A stretch of DNA of 64,000 bases, taken from Acidobacteriota bacterium. Lineage in GTDB: Bacteria > Acidobacteriota > UBA6911 > RPQK01 > JAJDTT01. The DNA lies in assembly GCA_965209055.1 (NCBI GenBank), contig OZ242374.1, forward strand, positions 5,952,001 to 6,016,000, read 5' to 3'. A model generated the notes under the pieces. That model made no database searches and had not been told where the DNA came from. It saw only the letters and a program-made list of their open reading frames with translations. How positions within the stretch are numbered: position 1 is the first letter of the stretch; each line of letters starts with the position of its first letter. A program made the translations under genes and the position numbers. Shown here in pieces: positions 8,101 to 15,734 of this stretch.

Positions 8101-10397
8101 TCGTCGTCGTTCGTGCGCACCGTCACGTCGCCGGTCACGCCGTCGTAGCCGCCGCCGGACGCCGTGTGCGTCAATGTCACCGTCTCCGAGGTCGTGTTCG
8201 AATCCTGGGCCGCCGTCACCGTCACCGTCTGCGCCGTGCTCCAGTTCGCCGTCGTGAACGCCAGCGACGCCGGACCAGCGCCGATCCCGCGGCCCATGCC
8301 GGTGATCGACGCGAGTACCTCGGCGCCCGGCTGGGTCGCCAGCGCCACCGTGTAGCCCGCCGTCGAGCCCTCGTCCACCGGCACGTCGGTCCGGCTGAAC
8401 ACCAGGCCGGGCTCGCCCGGCGCGCCGGTCGTCGTCTCCGTGCCCTCCCACCAGATATAGCCGGTGACGTGAGATCCGTCCTGGCCAAGCCCGGTCAAGG
8501 GGATTGCCCTCAGGTCATAGGGTGTGTTGGGAGAAAGGCCCCGCCAGGCCTTGCGTCTCGCCGTGGTCTTGGACGTGCGGAAGACGCCCGGGCCCTGGAT
8601 CTCGAGTTCGTAGCCGGCCGCGCCCTCGACGCGGGGCCAGGTGAGGGTGATCTCATCGTGCGTGGCCGACGTCGTCACGTCCATCCGCTTCAGACTGTCG
8701 ACGACGGTGACGGCCACGTCGTCGATGGCCGCGCCATCGTAGGCGCCGCCGCTCGCCCCGTGCGAAATCGCGGCGCTGCCCGCCCCAACGCCCGTGACCG
8801 TCACCGTCTGCGCGACATTCCAGTCCGACGGCGTGAACGTCAGGCTTGCGGGCAACACCGTCGCCACGCCGGCGTTGCCGCTCGACGCCGTGACGGTCAC
8901 GTCCGCGTTCGGCTCCACGTCCAGGACCACGCTGTAGGTGCGGGTGGCGCCCGTTACCACGAGGAGGTCTGTCGGGGCGACGGTGACGGCCGGGACGTCG
9001 TCGTCGGTCACGGTGATGGCAAGGCCCTGCACGAGAGGGATGTCGGGATCACGCGGCTGTGTGTACCGATGGGAGATTATCGCGAAGCCGTTCCCCAGGG
9101 CGTCATTGTCGACCGTACTGGCTCTCACCCTCATTTCCGTGCCCGAAGCGGCCTCGGTCCACGTCAGAATCCGGGTCTCGGGGTCGATCGCCACCACCTC
9201 CGGGTCGCTGCTCGTCACCTCCAGCGAGACGCTGCCTTCGCCCTGCCTCAGGGTGGTCCGCAATCCGTAACTGAACGCCCGCCCCTCCGGCACGGACACG
9301 GGAACGGGCTCGTCATCCGCGGCCGTCACCCTTATCGGCGAGGTCGTCACCATGTCGTAGTCCGCGCCGCTGATGGTGACGACGATCTGCGTCCTTCGCT
9401 GTGGCCTGTTGTAGATGTCGTCGTCGACCGCGGTGACGGTGATCTCCGCCCGCTGCTTCCAGTTCGATGGGGTGAAGGTCACGCTGGTCGGGTTCACGGT
9501 CGCCACGCTGGTGTCCTGGGACGCGAGCGTCACCGTGACGTTGCCCGTCGGTTCGCTCGTGATCCAGATGGAGAGCACCCTCCGGCCGCCGTTCTCCGAG
9601 AGGGCAAAGGAATGGTCGGTGACCCTGAATGTCCGCTGGTCGTCGTTTCCCACCTGCACCGTCACCTGAGCGCTGACGCCGTCGAAGTTCGCGCCGCTCG
9701 CCGTGTGGGTGATCGCCGTAGTCCGAACCGCCGGCGTGGCCAGGTCGTCGTCGACCGCCGTCACCGTCACCTCTTGCCGCGTATTCCAGTTCGTGGAGGT
9801 GAAGGTCAGGCTCGCCGGGCTCACCGTCGCGACGCTGGTGTCGTCGCTCGCTACCGCCACGACGACGTTCCCGGTCGGTTGGCTGGACAGCGCAATGGTG
9901 TAGCTGTTCGTGCCGTCGGGCTCGTTGACACTGACGGACGCCGTCGATCGCGACAGGGACTGGGCGTGGGCGACGTCGACGCCGAAGGCTCCGGCGAGGA
10001 CGACCGTGAACCCGAATCCCACGGCGCCCGCTCGAAACGTCCGCGACACGCCCCAGCGTGTCCGGGAATCATTGGCCGGCTCTCGCCCGGCTCGGAAGCG
10101 ATTGACTCGCACACGGCCAACCGCCGGCGTCACGCCGCTTCGCGGCTCCTGAGCGCCGGCGAAGCCCAACGGCGCGGCCGCCGCGAGGCGGCGGACTCGA
10201 GTCGCAAGCCAAGAACACAAGGAGACGATTCGGACTCTTCCCGATGCCGAGAAGACAAGAACCGGCAGTCCCGCTGCCATGAGCCGTCGGTGCAGGTCCC
10301 GGCTCCAGCGTCCTGGTAGTGAAACCGGCCGCGACCGCTCCGCGCGCACGGCGGGTACAAGCACCAGGGAAACCAACGCCCAAAGGTTTTTCTTCAT
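5172..10397 (-). CDS. Large autotransporter-like adhesin (Calx-beta/Ig-like repeats, FN3-like, 2x PKD-like, cadherin, Ig-like, C-terminal beta-barrel)
   Basis: Repeats LTFTSTNWNTRQEVTVTAVDDD; twin NRPPTVTASC-PC-VAPGGE-RLTA-ASDP units; cadherin NEPPVF...ASDPDGD...YEL; DVLANDTDPDGD; barrel-like C-terminus WQVWGQGDLQTF...GVTLSVG. ATG at 10397 follows an AAGGAG/CAGGAAG-type RBS; an alternative GTG at 10049 precedes the AHA-Q cleavage site. Confidence 0.88.
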   Translation of the reverse strand: MKKNLWALVSLVLVPAVRAERSRPVSLPGRWSRDLHRRLMAAGLPVLVFSASGRVRIVSLCSWLATRVRRLAAAAPLGFAGAQEPRSGVTPAVGRVRVNRFRAGREPANDSRTRWGVSRTFRAGAVGFGFTVVLAGAFGVDVAHAQSLSRSTASVSVNEPDGTNSYTIALSSQPTGNVVVAVASDDTSVATVSPASLTFTSTNWNTRQEVTVTAVDDDLATPAVRTTAITHTASGANFDGVSAQVTVQVGNDDQRTFRVTDHSFALSENGGRRVLSIWITSEPTGNVTVTLASQDTSVATVNPTSVTFTPSNWKQRAEITVTAVDDDIYNRPQRRTQIVVTISGADYDMVTTSPIRVTAADDEPVPVSVPEGRAFSYGLRTTLRQGEGSVSLEVTSSDPEVVAIDPETRILTWTEAASGTEMRVRASTVDNDALGNGFAIISHRYTQPRDPDIPLVQGLAITVTDDDVPAVTVAPTDLLVVTGATRTYSVVLDVEPNADVTVTASSGNAGVATVLPASLTFTPSDWNVAQTVTVTGVGAGSAAISHGASGGAYDGAAIDDVAVTVVDSLKRMDVTTSATHDEITLTWPRVEGAAGYELEIQGPGVFRTSKTTARRKAWRGLSPNTPYDLRAIPLTGLGQDGSHVTGYIWWEGTETTTGAPGEPGLVFSRTDVPVDEGSTAGYTVALATQPGAEVLASITGMGRGIGAGPASLAFTTANWSTAQTVTVTAAQDSNTTSETVTLTHTASGGGYDGVTGDVTVRTNDDDTRPPRGNRPPTVTASCNPCRVAPGGEVRLTASASDPDGDPLTYTWSAPRGGFSGAASAATAFWRAPDATGTVTVRVVVSDGRGGTASAVVTVRVVRSNPPPGENRPPTVTASCDPCVVAPGGEARLTATASDPEDDPLTYRWSAPQGGFMGAADAATARWRAPEATGPVTIRIEVSDGRGGTASAEVVVEVVNEPPVFGEPAYAFELRENLDGRQRPVALGLVTASDPDGDEVTYALLSGDRERFAIGAQNGAVTYAGPGEDFESEPNRYELTARARDPHGAEARVPIVVTVTNLNEAPEAKDDEARTEEDQRVTVDVLANDTDPDGDALHVESVSAPEHGTARSVSGGVAYTPEANYHGTDRFTYVVSDGAGGTAEAAVEVVVVSANDAPVTVGTIPDQDLDEGGSEVTVELGRYFHDADGDPLIFRASSSDALVVTVGVSGETLTLTPVEYGRATVRVTGEDPDGMRATQTFGVGVSDRLVRAVVEDTLAALARSHLASARMTLGRRAAAGPGRRTELTVMGRRVPLSRAEAERFMSGGRPFAGRYSNPARRPGLGSFGGGAMGVAPGGDPECPMGPGAGAQRDCAGRLGSPVGYGGDGLGPDRWLSGTEFVVAWGGGEAADEPTRPGRRWQVWGQGDLQTFQGARSAAVGYGGDLRTGYLGLDTWLSESWLAGVALARSQGSGDWRVGGSSGSLAATLTAVHPYLHWSDGRTSFSALGGGGWGEVENVRRSGRLGTSGLGLGLGLVEVRRRYGAAGGRAEIGLRGDAAWARLATGAGEETIDAHRVGVSQARFGTDVSRPVRMKNGLALAPFVEAHVRRDGGAGQTGTGLELAGGLRAAGGRVRVDAQGRMLVLHSAAGYRERGVGVTLSVGSRHQGLSLSLSPRWGDQANGGGRLWQEQVYRGYRGGAEPADWGVDAGAGYAVRLRPDRLLTWFCSYSQSSYGPGLVVGVRVGGSGDRLPHPAPAAAPTVR
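7525..8085 (-). repeat. Tandem about 290-bp PKD-like domain repeat inside the adhesin
   Basis: Two near-identical units ending SDGRGGTASA. Confidence 0.8.
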
Positions 10398-10539
10398 GAC
10401 TTCCTGCACTCCTTCTTTTTTCAGCCGACGATCTATGGCAGAAAGCCTTTCTGTGACCGCCCCAACTCTGCCCTGTCCAGATCGTCCAATCGGCGAACGG
10501 CGCCGCTTGGAACGGCCTCCCCTCTGGGCAAGGAATGGC

Positions 10540-10677
10540 GCGTGGAAAGTGAAAACCGAACTGTCTCGCCGCGGGAAGTACGGGCTTCTCGCCCCTCCTT
10601 CCAACTCGACAACTAATGACGTGTGGAAAGCGAAAACCGGACAGTTTCGCCGCGGAAAGTGTGGGCTATTCGCCCCT
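10540..10677 (-). repeat. Imperfect tandem duplication (about 57 bp, 80-bp period) of the kinase stop/promoter segment
   Basis: gcgtggaaagtgaaaaccgaactgtctcgccgcgggaagtacgggcttctcgcccct versus gtgtggaaagcgaaaaccggacagtttcgccgcggaaagtgtgggctattcgcccct. Confidence 0.75.
10616..10643 (-). promoter_or_regulatory. Putative ECF promoter of the adhesin gene
   Basis: TGTCCG-GTTTTCGCTTTCCACA-CGTCAT(TA); same boxes and spacing as 13496-13523 with an unrelated spacer. Confidence 0.65.
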
Positions 10678-13389
10678 GGCAACCTTCGAGAGCGCCTCGG
10701 CGAATGCGCGGGCGTCCGCCGGCCGCGCCGACCGGGAAGCCGACAAGATCGATGCTGCAACCCCGATCACGGACGCTCCCGTCTTCGACCATGCGGTTCG
10801 CTCGGGGGCGGGAACAAGACGGCGGTGCCGGATCCGGTCCACCGTCTCGTTGAGTCTTGGGGCCGCGAACGGATGCCGGCCGGACACCATCTCGTACAGG
10901 ACGACGCACAGGGACCAGACATCGTCGCCTTCATCGGCCAAGCGGCCCGAGAGCACTTCGGGCGACATGTAGCGCAAGGTGCCACCTGTGGTCGCGGCCT
11001 CGTCCGTCTCACGCGCCAAGCCGAAGTCCAGCAGTTTGGGCGACCCCTCGGACGTGAACCCGATATTGCTGGGCTTGATGTCTCCATGCAGGAATCCCTT
11101 GGTGTGCACCGCCGACAACGCGTCGGCCAGCCTGACCATGGCGGAAACGGCCTCCAGCGGAGGGACCGGGCCGTCCCTCAGCCGATCCTCGAGGGTGCCG
11201 CCGGGAAGAAACTCGACGATGAGGATCGGACGGCCCTGCCAGAACTCGATGCCGTAGATCTGGGCGGCTGCCGGATGCGTCACCGTCGCCATGGTCTGCG
11301 CTTCCGGCCTCAGGGTCGTCAGATGGTCGGCCGACACCCTCCCCAGGGTCTTGACCGCGACGTCGCGGGCCAGTTGCAGATCACGGGCCAGATAGACCGC
11401 TCCCATGCCTCCGGCGCCCAGGCGCCGCGTCAGTCGAAACTTTCCGGCCAAGAGCTTCGGGACCCCAGCCTCCTCGTAAGCGGCTCCGCATTCGCACTCG
11501 GGCGGGGCACCGGCCATCACCACGCAACGGCAGACGGAACACTCCTGCGCCGGCGGCGGCTCCAACGGTCGAGCGTCCGGCCCGCGCAGCAGGTTCAGGC
11601 GCGCCACCGCCAACCCGACGGCCGCCGCGAGCGCTTCCAGAAACGGAAGGTCGACGGCGCCCACGTTGCGTTCGTCGAAACGATGTCCCACCACCAGCAC
11701 GCCGAAGATCACCGTTCCCGGACCGCGAAGCGGCAGGATCACGTCTGCGGAGGTCTCGACGACCCACGCCGCATCGTCGGGCGGAAGCAGCGGGAAAACC
11801 GATGTCTTGTCCTTCGGGTGTACCCTCAGTGGACCGCCGGCCGTCTCCAGCAGGTGGACGATGGCCGAGGCCCGCGCCAGAGAAGCGGTCCCGGCACCCG
11901 GCTCGCAAAAGTCTGGTGCTATGGTTTGGGTATCCGCCGCAATCAGCAGAATGGCGGGCGACCCGCATCCACGATTGACCGTCCATTTCACTGCTTGGCT
12001 GACCGCCGTCATCCGTTCGGCCTGCGCCAACGCGGTCCCCGCGACGGCCAGTGCGTACCTCTGGTCCTTGGTCTCGGGGAAGATCCACGTGTCCAGCCGG
12101 ATCAGGATCCGTTCGCGGTTGATAAACACCAGCGCCATGACCCCGCATGCCGCGACCAACGTCGGCGCCAGCGGATCGGTGACGATCGCTGCTACGGTGC
12201 GCTCCGGATGACTTGCCACCATCCAGGACAGGGCCGCCGCCGGAACTGCGGTCGCCGCCCCCAACAGGCCACCGCGCATCAGCAACCGCCTGTAGCTCGC
12301 CCGGACGACCTCTTTCGGGCGAGGCACGCGCACCGCGAGCACGGAATACCAGAGCAGGATCACCCCGGGGAATCGCATGAATAAGACCACCAGAATAAGG
12401 GGCGACCATTGAAAATTGGTCACCCACATTCCTGGTGAGAACATCTCGACGACACTGACCGTGACCCTCGCTCCTGCGAAAATAATGAACCCGAAGCCGA
12501 ACATGACGACGCGCCTGACCTCGTCGGCCGGCGCACTGTGCGCCCGTAGCGCAATGACCACGGCCGCCGCCAGCGTCAACAGCTCAACAATGGCAAATGA
12601 TCCATCGATGGCCAGAGAAACAGGCGCATTCGCGTAACCGGCCCGCGCGAATTCCAGTGTCGCCACGAGTGCGACCCAGACGGCAACCCCTGCTGCGACG
12701 CTGACCGAAACCATGCGGCGCGCGAGATCATCAAGCCGGGTTCGACGATGTATCCGCGGACACTCTCGAGCAAACGCCCAAAGGAACGCGGGAGAGAAGT
12801 GGAACGCAGGAACGTAGAGACAAGCGAATATTCTAATTTGCAGAGGTGCGCCTTGAAGAAACGTTTCGACCAGGTGCGGCGCGGGGAGGTCCCCCAAAAT
12901 CGCCGGCAGCATGTGAAACGGCCCCAGTGTGGCCCGGACCAGGAAAAAGCCGCCGAGCAGCCAAGTCCGCCGTTCCCGCGCACCGGCGAACAGCAGTAGG
13001 GATGCACTCGCGCAATGCCCGGTGAGCAGCACCACAAAGAAAACAGCCAAGTCGCCATGCTGTCGGTGGTAGTCCGTCCAAGCCCACGGGAGCAGAATCA
13101 ACCCGACCACCACCTCGACTGTGGCGATGACCATCAGCGTGCGTAAGACACGGCCCATGAACGCCCCGGCACGCGGATGGAGACTGGTCGCCGGGGGTTC
13201 CACCGCCGCCGATGCCGGTCCGGCACGGCGCCGGCTCTTGAAGACACGGGCTGTGACCCGCAGGTTTTCAAGCATCTCGCGGTCGGCGGGCTCGGCGAGC
13301 TCCAGGCATCGATCCCATTGGACGTCATGGTCCAGGGTGAGCGCGTCCGCTACGTCAGCTATGAGATCGTTGCGATTCTTGTCACTCAC
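10666..13389 (-). CDS. Polytopic membrane Ser/Thr protein kinase (N-terminal helical segment, multiple TM helices, GAF-like region, Cys cluster, C-terminal Hanks kinase)
   Basis: [39 protein letters not shown]; CSVC...CECG before the kinase; long hydrophobic region. Confidence 0.92.
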   Translation of the reverse strand: MSDKNRNDLIADVADALTLDHDVQWDRCLELAEPADREMLENLRVTARVFKSRRRAGPASAAVEPPATSLHPRAGAFMGRVLRTLMVIATVEVVVGLILLPWAWTDYHRQHGDLAVFFVVLLTGHCASASLLLFAGARERRTWLLGGFFLVRATLGPFHMLPAILGDLPAPHLVETFLQGAPLQIRIFACLYVPAFHFSPAFLWAFARECPRIHRRTRLDDLARRMVSVSVAAGVAVWVALVATLEFARAGYANAPVSLAIDGSFAIVELLTLAAAVVIALRAHSAPADEVRRVVMFGFGFIIFAGARVTVSVVEMFSPGMWVTNFQWSPLILVVLFMRFPGVILLWYSVLAVRVPRPKEVVRASYRRLLMRGGLLGAATAVPAAALSWMVASHPERTVAAIVTDPLAPTLVAACGVMALVFINRERILIRLDTWIFPETKDQRYALAVAGTALAQAERMTAVSQAVKWTVNRGCGSPAILLIAADTQTIAPDFCEPGAGTASLARASAIVHLLETAGGPLRVHPKDKTSVFPLLPPDDAAWVVETSADVILPLRGPGTVIFGVLVVGHRFDERNVGAVDLPFLEALAAAVGLAVARLNLLRGPDARPLEPPPAQECSVCRCVVMAGAPPECECGAAYEEAGVPKLLAGKFRLTRRLGAGGMGAVYLARDLQLARDVAVKTLGRVSADHLTTLRPEAQTMATVTHPAAAQIYGIEFWQGRPILIVEFLPGGTLEDRLRDGPVPPLEAVSAMVRLADALSAVHTKGFLHGDIKPSNIGFTSEGSPKLLDFGLARETDEAATTGGTLRYMSPEVLSGRLADEGDDVWSLCVVLYEMVSGRHPFAAPRLNETVDRIRHRRLVPAPERTAWSKTGASVIGVAASILSASRSARPADARAFAEALSKVARGE

Positions 13390-13495
13390 TTTTCATCCGG
13401 GTTCGTGTCATCAGGCTCTTCGACGCCGACGCTCGCGTGAGATCCGCTGCAGTCGGACTGATGCGGCGTCGAAAGTTCTTTCCGCCTACCCCTTA

Positions 13496-13523
13496 GTAAC
13501 GTCTGATGGGGAGATTTCGGACA
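13496..13523 (-). promoter_or_regulatory. Putative ECF promoter of the kinase gene
   Basis: TGTCCG-AAATCTCCCCATCAGA-CGTTAC(TA). Confidence 0.6.
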
Positions 13524-13814
13524 TTTGAAGCACGATGGGCCGGATTTCACGGGTCCTGGCGTACGAACCGCCGCAGGCCCGGCCCCCGACGAAACACGCC
13601 GGATAGGAGTCTGCGCGAAAACAGGACTGTCACCGACGCTGTTCTTCGATCGGCGGGCGTCGCGCATGGAAGCGGGTCACTGCAGTGATGCACACCGCCG
13701 CCCACCATCTCTTTCCGTCTGCTCTCATCCAATTCCCCAGCTCCCGGACCAGGAGCGGAGAGTTGGCGCGCCGGATTGTTGCGGAGGCATAAATCCCGAT
13801 TACTGGAATGAGGA

Positions 13815-13873
13815 AGACGCCACGACCGGGGCCGAGTGGGACAGTCGGTGACTGGAACCACCGGCCCGGACAC
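13815..13873 (-). repeat. Third copy of the autotransporter 3' tail
   Basis: Ungapped match to 5184-5242 with about 11 mismatches in 59 nt, mostly transitions. Confidence 0.7.
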
Positions 13874-14391
13874 AACTCCCAAGGCGTAGCAAACGATTCG
13901 ATAGACCCAAAAAGTCCAGCGCCGGTTCCGACTCCATTTCGTCCGTCCCGGCGGAGTAACTCCCGGTGTCGGACTTCAGCCACGCACCCGCCCGCAATCG
14001 GCGTCTCGATTCGGCCGTCACTCGGGGCAACACACAAGGCGGACACGTCCGCGCGAACCGGGATGGACGCGCGCATCGAGTTCTCCATCCGGGAATGGGA
14101 CCGGGCGAGATGGAGTCGGCAGGCCCAACGGTCGGACGATGTTCGGTGGAGCCCCGGACCGGACGGGGACATCGGCCATGAGAAGTGGGAACCGATGCCA
14201 ATGGTGACCAGCATCAGCGAAGTCCATGTCGTTCGCCTATTGCTCATCATGGAACTTCTCTTCCTCTTCGCAACAAGACAACTTGTATTGCAAGCGGGCC
14301 CTCCTCGCCTCCCGCGAAATGGCGGAGAACGTCGAGTCGAGCAGGTTCCGGCTCCTGATCAGGAGAGGATCGGGCAGCACAATGAAGAGAT

Positions 14392-14457
14392 AGGATACCG
14401 ACCAGTGTGTGATATTATGGAGATAAAATACGCACTTTTTGTGATAATACTGTGTTA
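14392..14457 (-). promoter_or_regulatory. OmpR/PhoB-type tandem half-site array plus -10 box
   Basis: Plus-strand GTGATA 14409, GAGATA 14420, GTGATA 14441, GTGTTA 14452; minus-strand TATCCT at 14392-14397, 11 nt past the array. Confidence 0.55.
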
Positions 14458-14562
14458 TCTTGGCCATTTGCGCGCCGCCGCGCCCACTTCCCGCACACCG
14501 CGTTTTGCGTGTCGTGTCGGCGCTATCGTCCCTGTTGCCGATCGAAATTGGAGGCGGCAAGC

Positions 14563-14858
14563 ACGATCAAGAGCAACGGGCAGAGCCGTTCCTCCGGGCC
14601 ATGAACCAGCGGATGAAGCAACCGGAAAGCCGAACGTCGTACGCGCGACGCAAGACGATCGCGGAGCCGGTGTTCGGTCAGATCAAGAACGCGGGTTTCC
14701 GAGGGTTCGGTCTACGTGCCAAGGCGAGGGTGGCCGGGGAGTTCTCGCTGGAGTGTGCCGCGCACAGCCTCAAGAAGATCATCCCGGCAGCAGTTCTAGG
14801 AGAGGTGTGTCCGGCGTTCGTGAAACGGGTGACTCTGACGTGCATGAGGGGGAGATGA
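14563..14858 (+). pseudogene. IS1182-family transposase, C-terminal remnant
   Basis: YARRKTIAEPVFGQIKNAGFRGFGLRAKARVAGEFSLECAAHSLKKI, the typical DDE C-terminal signature. Confidence 0.85.
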
Positions 14859-15035
14859 GGCGGCGTGAAGCCGAAAACCAGCCCTGATCGGCCTCTTCCG
14901 AGTCGCACATAGCGCAACAATTCGATTCCCCCGGAGTTGGAGGACAGGAATGGATGGTGTCCGGAACCATGAACCATTGCCCATGAGCATTGGTATGGAC
15001 AAAGATCGCTCAATGCCGAGTTCCCGCGCAGGCTG

Positions 15036-15650
15036 CTAAGCCTTCGGCATGACCTTGCTCAGCCGAATCACGGCCCGCTTGAGCGCTTTGCGGGCCGCGT
15101 CCGCGCTGGGCATGCGTTCGATGGCCGCGAGTTGCCGGTAGCTGTACCCGAGTTCCGCACGTCCGACGATCAGGTGTCGATCACGGTCCTTCAGGCCCTT
15201 GAGGCCATCCCGGTAGCGCTTCCACATCTCTTTGTTCAGCATCTGTTGATGCTGTGGGGACGCTTCCTCAGTGGGACGAAAGGGTTCCTGCGGCGGTGCG
15301 ACACGGCTGTCATCCAGACGCCGGGTGGCGCGTCGCAGCTCGTCCTGGACGCGGTTCTCCACGGCGCGCCGCAGATAGCTCCGCAAGGCGCCCATGTGCT
15401 TCGACTCGAACCATTTGAGCCGTGCAAATGTGTGGTGCAGGACATCCTGCGCCAGATCGCTCGTGGTGATCCCGTCGCGGGCCCATTGCGGCAGGCGTCC
15501 CCGCACTCGTCTTCGCACCCATGGTGAATACCGGGTGAACAGCACCTCGATGGCCGAGGCACTGCCTTGTCGCACCCGTTTCAGAAGGCGCTGGTCGGAA
15601 CCACCGGTCTGCGAAACGTTTTTGCTCGACCGTTTCGATGGGGGAATCAT
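15036..15650 (-). CDS. ECF sigma-70 factor
   Basis: LLKRVRQGSASAIEVLFTRY, DLAQDV, LRSYLRRAVENRVQDELRR, sigma4-like GYSYRQLA...ARKALKRAVIRL. Confidence 0.92.
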   Translation of the reverse strand: MIPPSKRSSKNVSQTGGSDQRLLKRVRQGSASAIEVLFTRYSPWVRRRVRGRLPQWARDGITTSDLAQDVLHHTFARLKWFESKHMGALRSYLRRAVENRVQDELRRATRRLDDSRVAPPQEPFRPTEEASPQHQQMLNKEMWKRYRDGLKGLKDRDRHLIVGRAELGYSYRQLAAIERMPSADAARKALKRAVIRLSKVMPKA

Positions 15651-15734
15651 CTGAGCCGTTATCCTATCCGATCAGCCCGGCGCTCGCCGCCAGATGACCG
15701 AATCTGTCGGCTTCGGCTGATCCGAGGCCGGAAC

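Larger units (their letters stand above)
13607..15035. mobile_element. Degenerate IS1182-like element boundaries
   Basis: Left GAGTCTGCGCGAAAAC and right GTTCCCGCGCAGGCTG form a 12/16 inverted match; flanks ATAG and CTAA; transposase 3' remnant near the right end; the first 10 bp are identical to the MITE end at 61680. Confidence 0.45.

Noticed and set aside
10398-10760. N-terminal extension of the 1862-aa ORF, and similar extensions of the ORFs at 22859, 26192, 32313, 55700, 57667, 58962 and 61925
   Set aside because: They overlap neighbouring genes, promoters or the MITE; downstream starts fit family N-termini better.
5463-12384. Long plus-strand ORFs (748, 717 and 701 aa) and similar long shadow ORFs opposite gltB, fusA and the acyl-CoA synthetase
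   Set aside because: Antisense or off-frame shadows of well-supported genes in high-GC DNA; Arg/Pro/Gly-rich with no motifs.
13565-13600. GAACCGCCG as group II intron domain V
   Set aside because: No complementary CGGTGGT/CGGTTC arm at the right distance, and the wrong strand relative to the domain I fragment.
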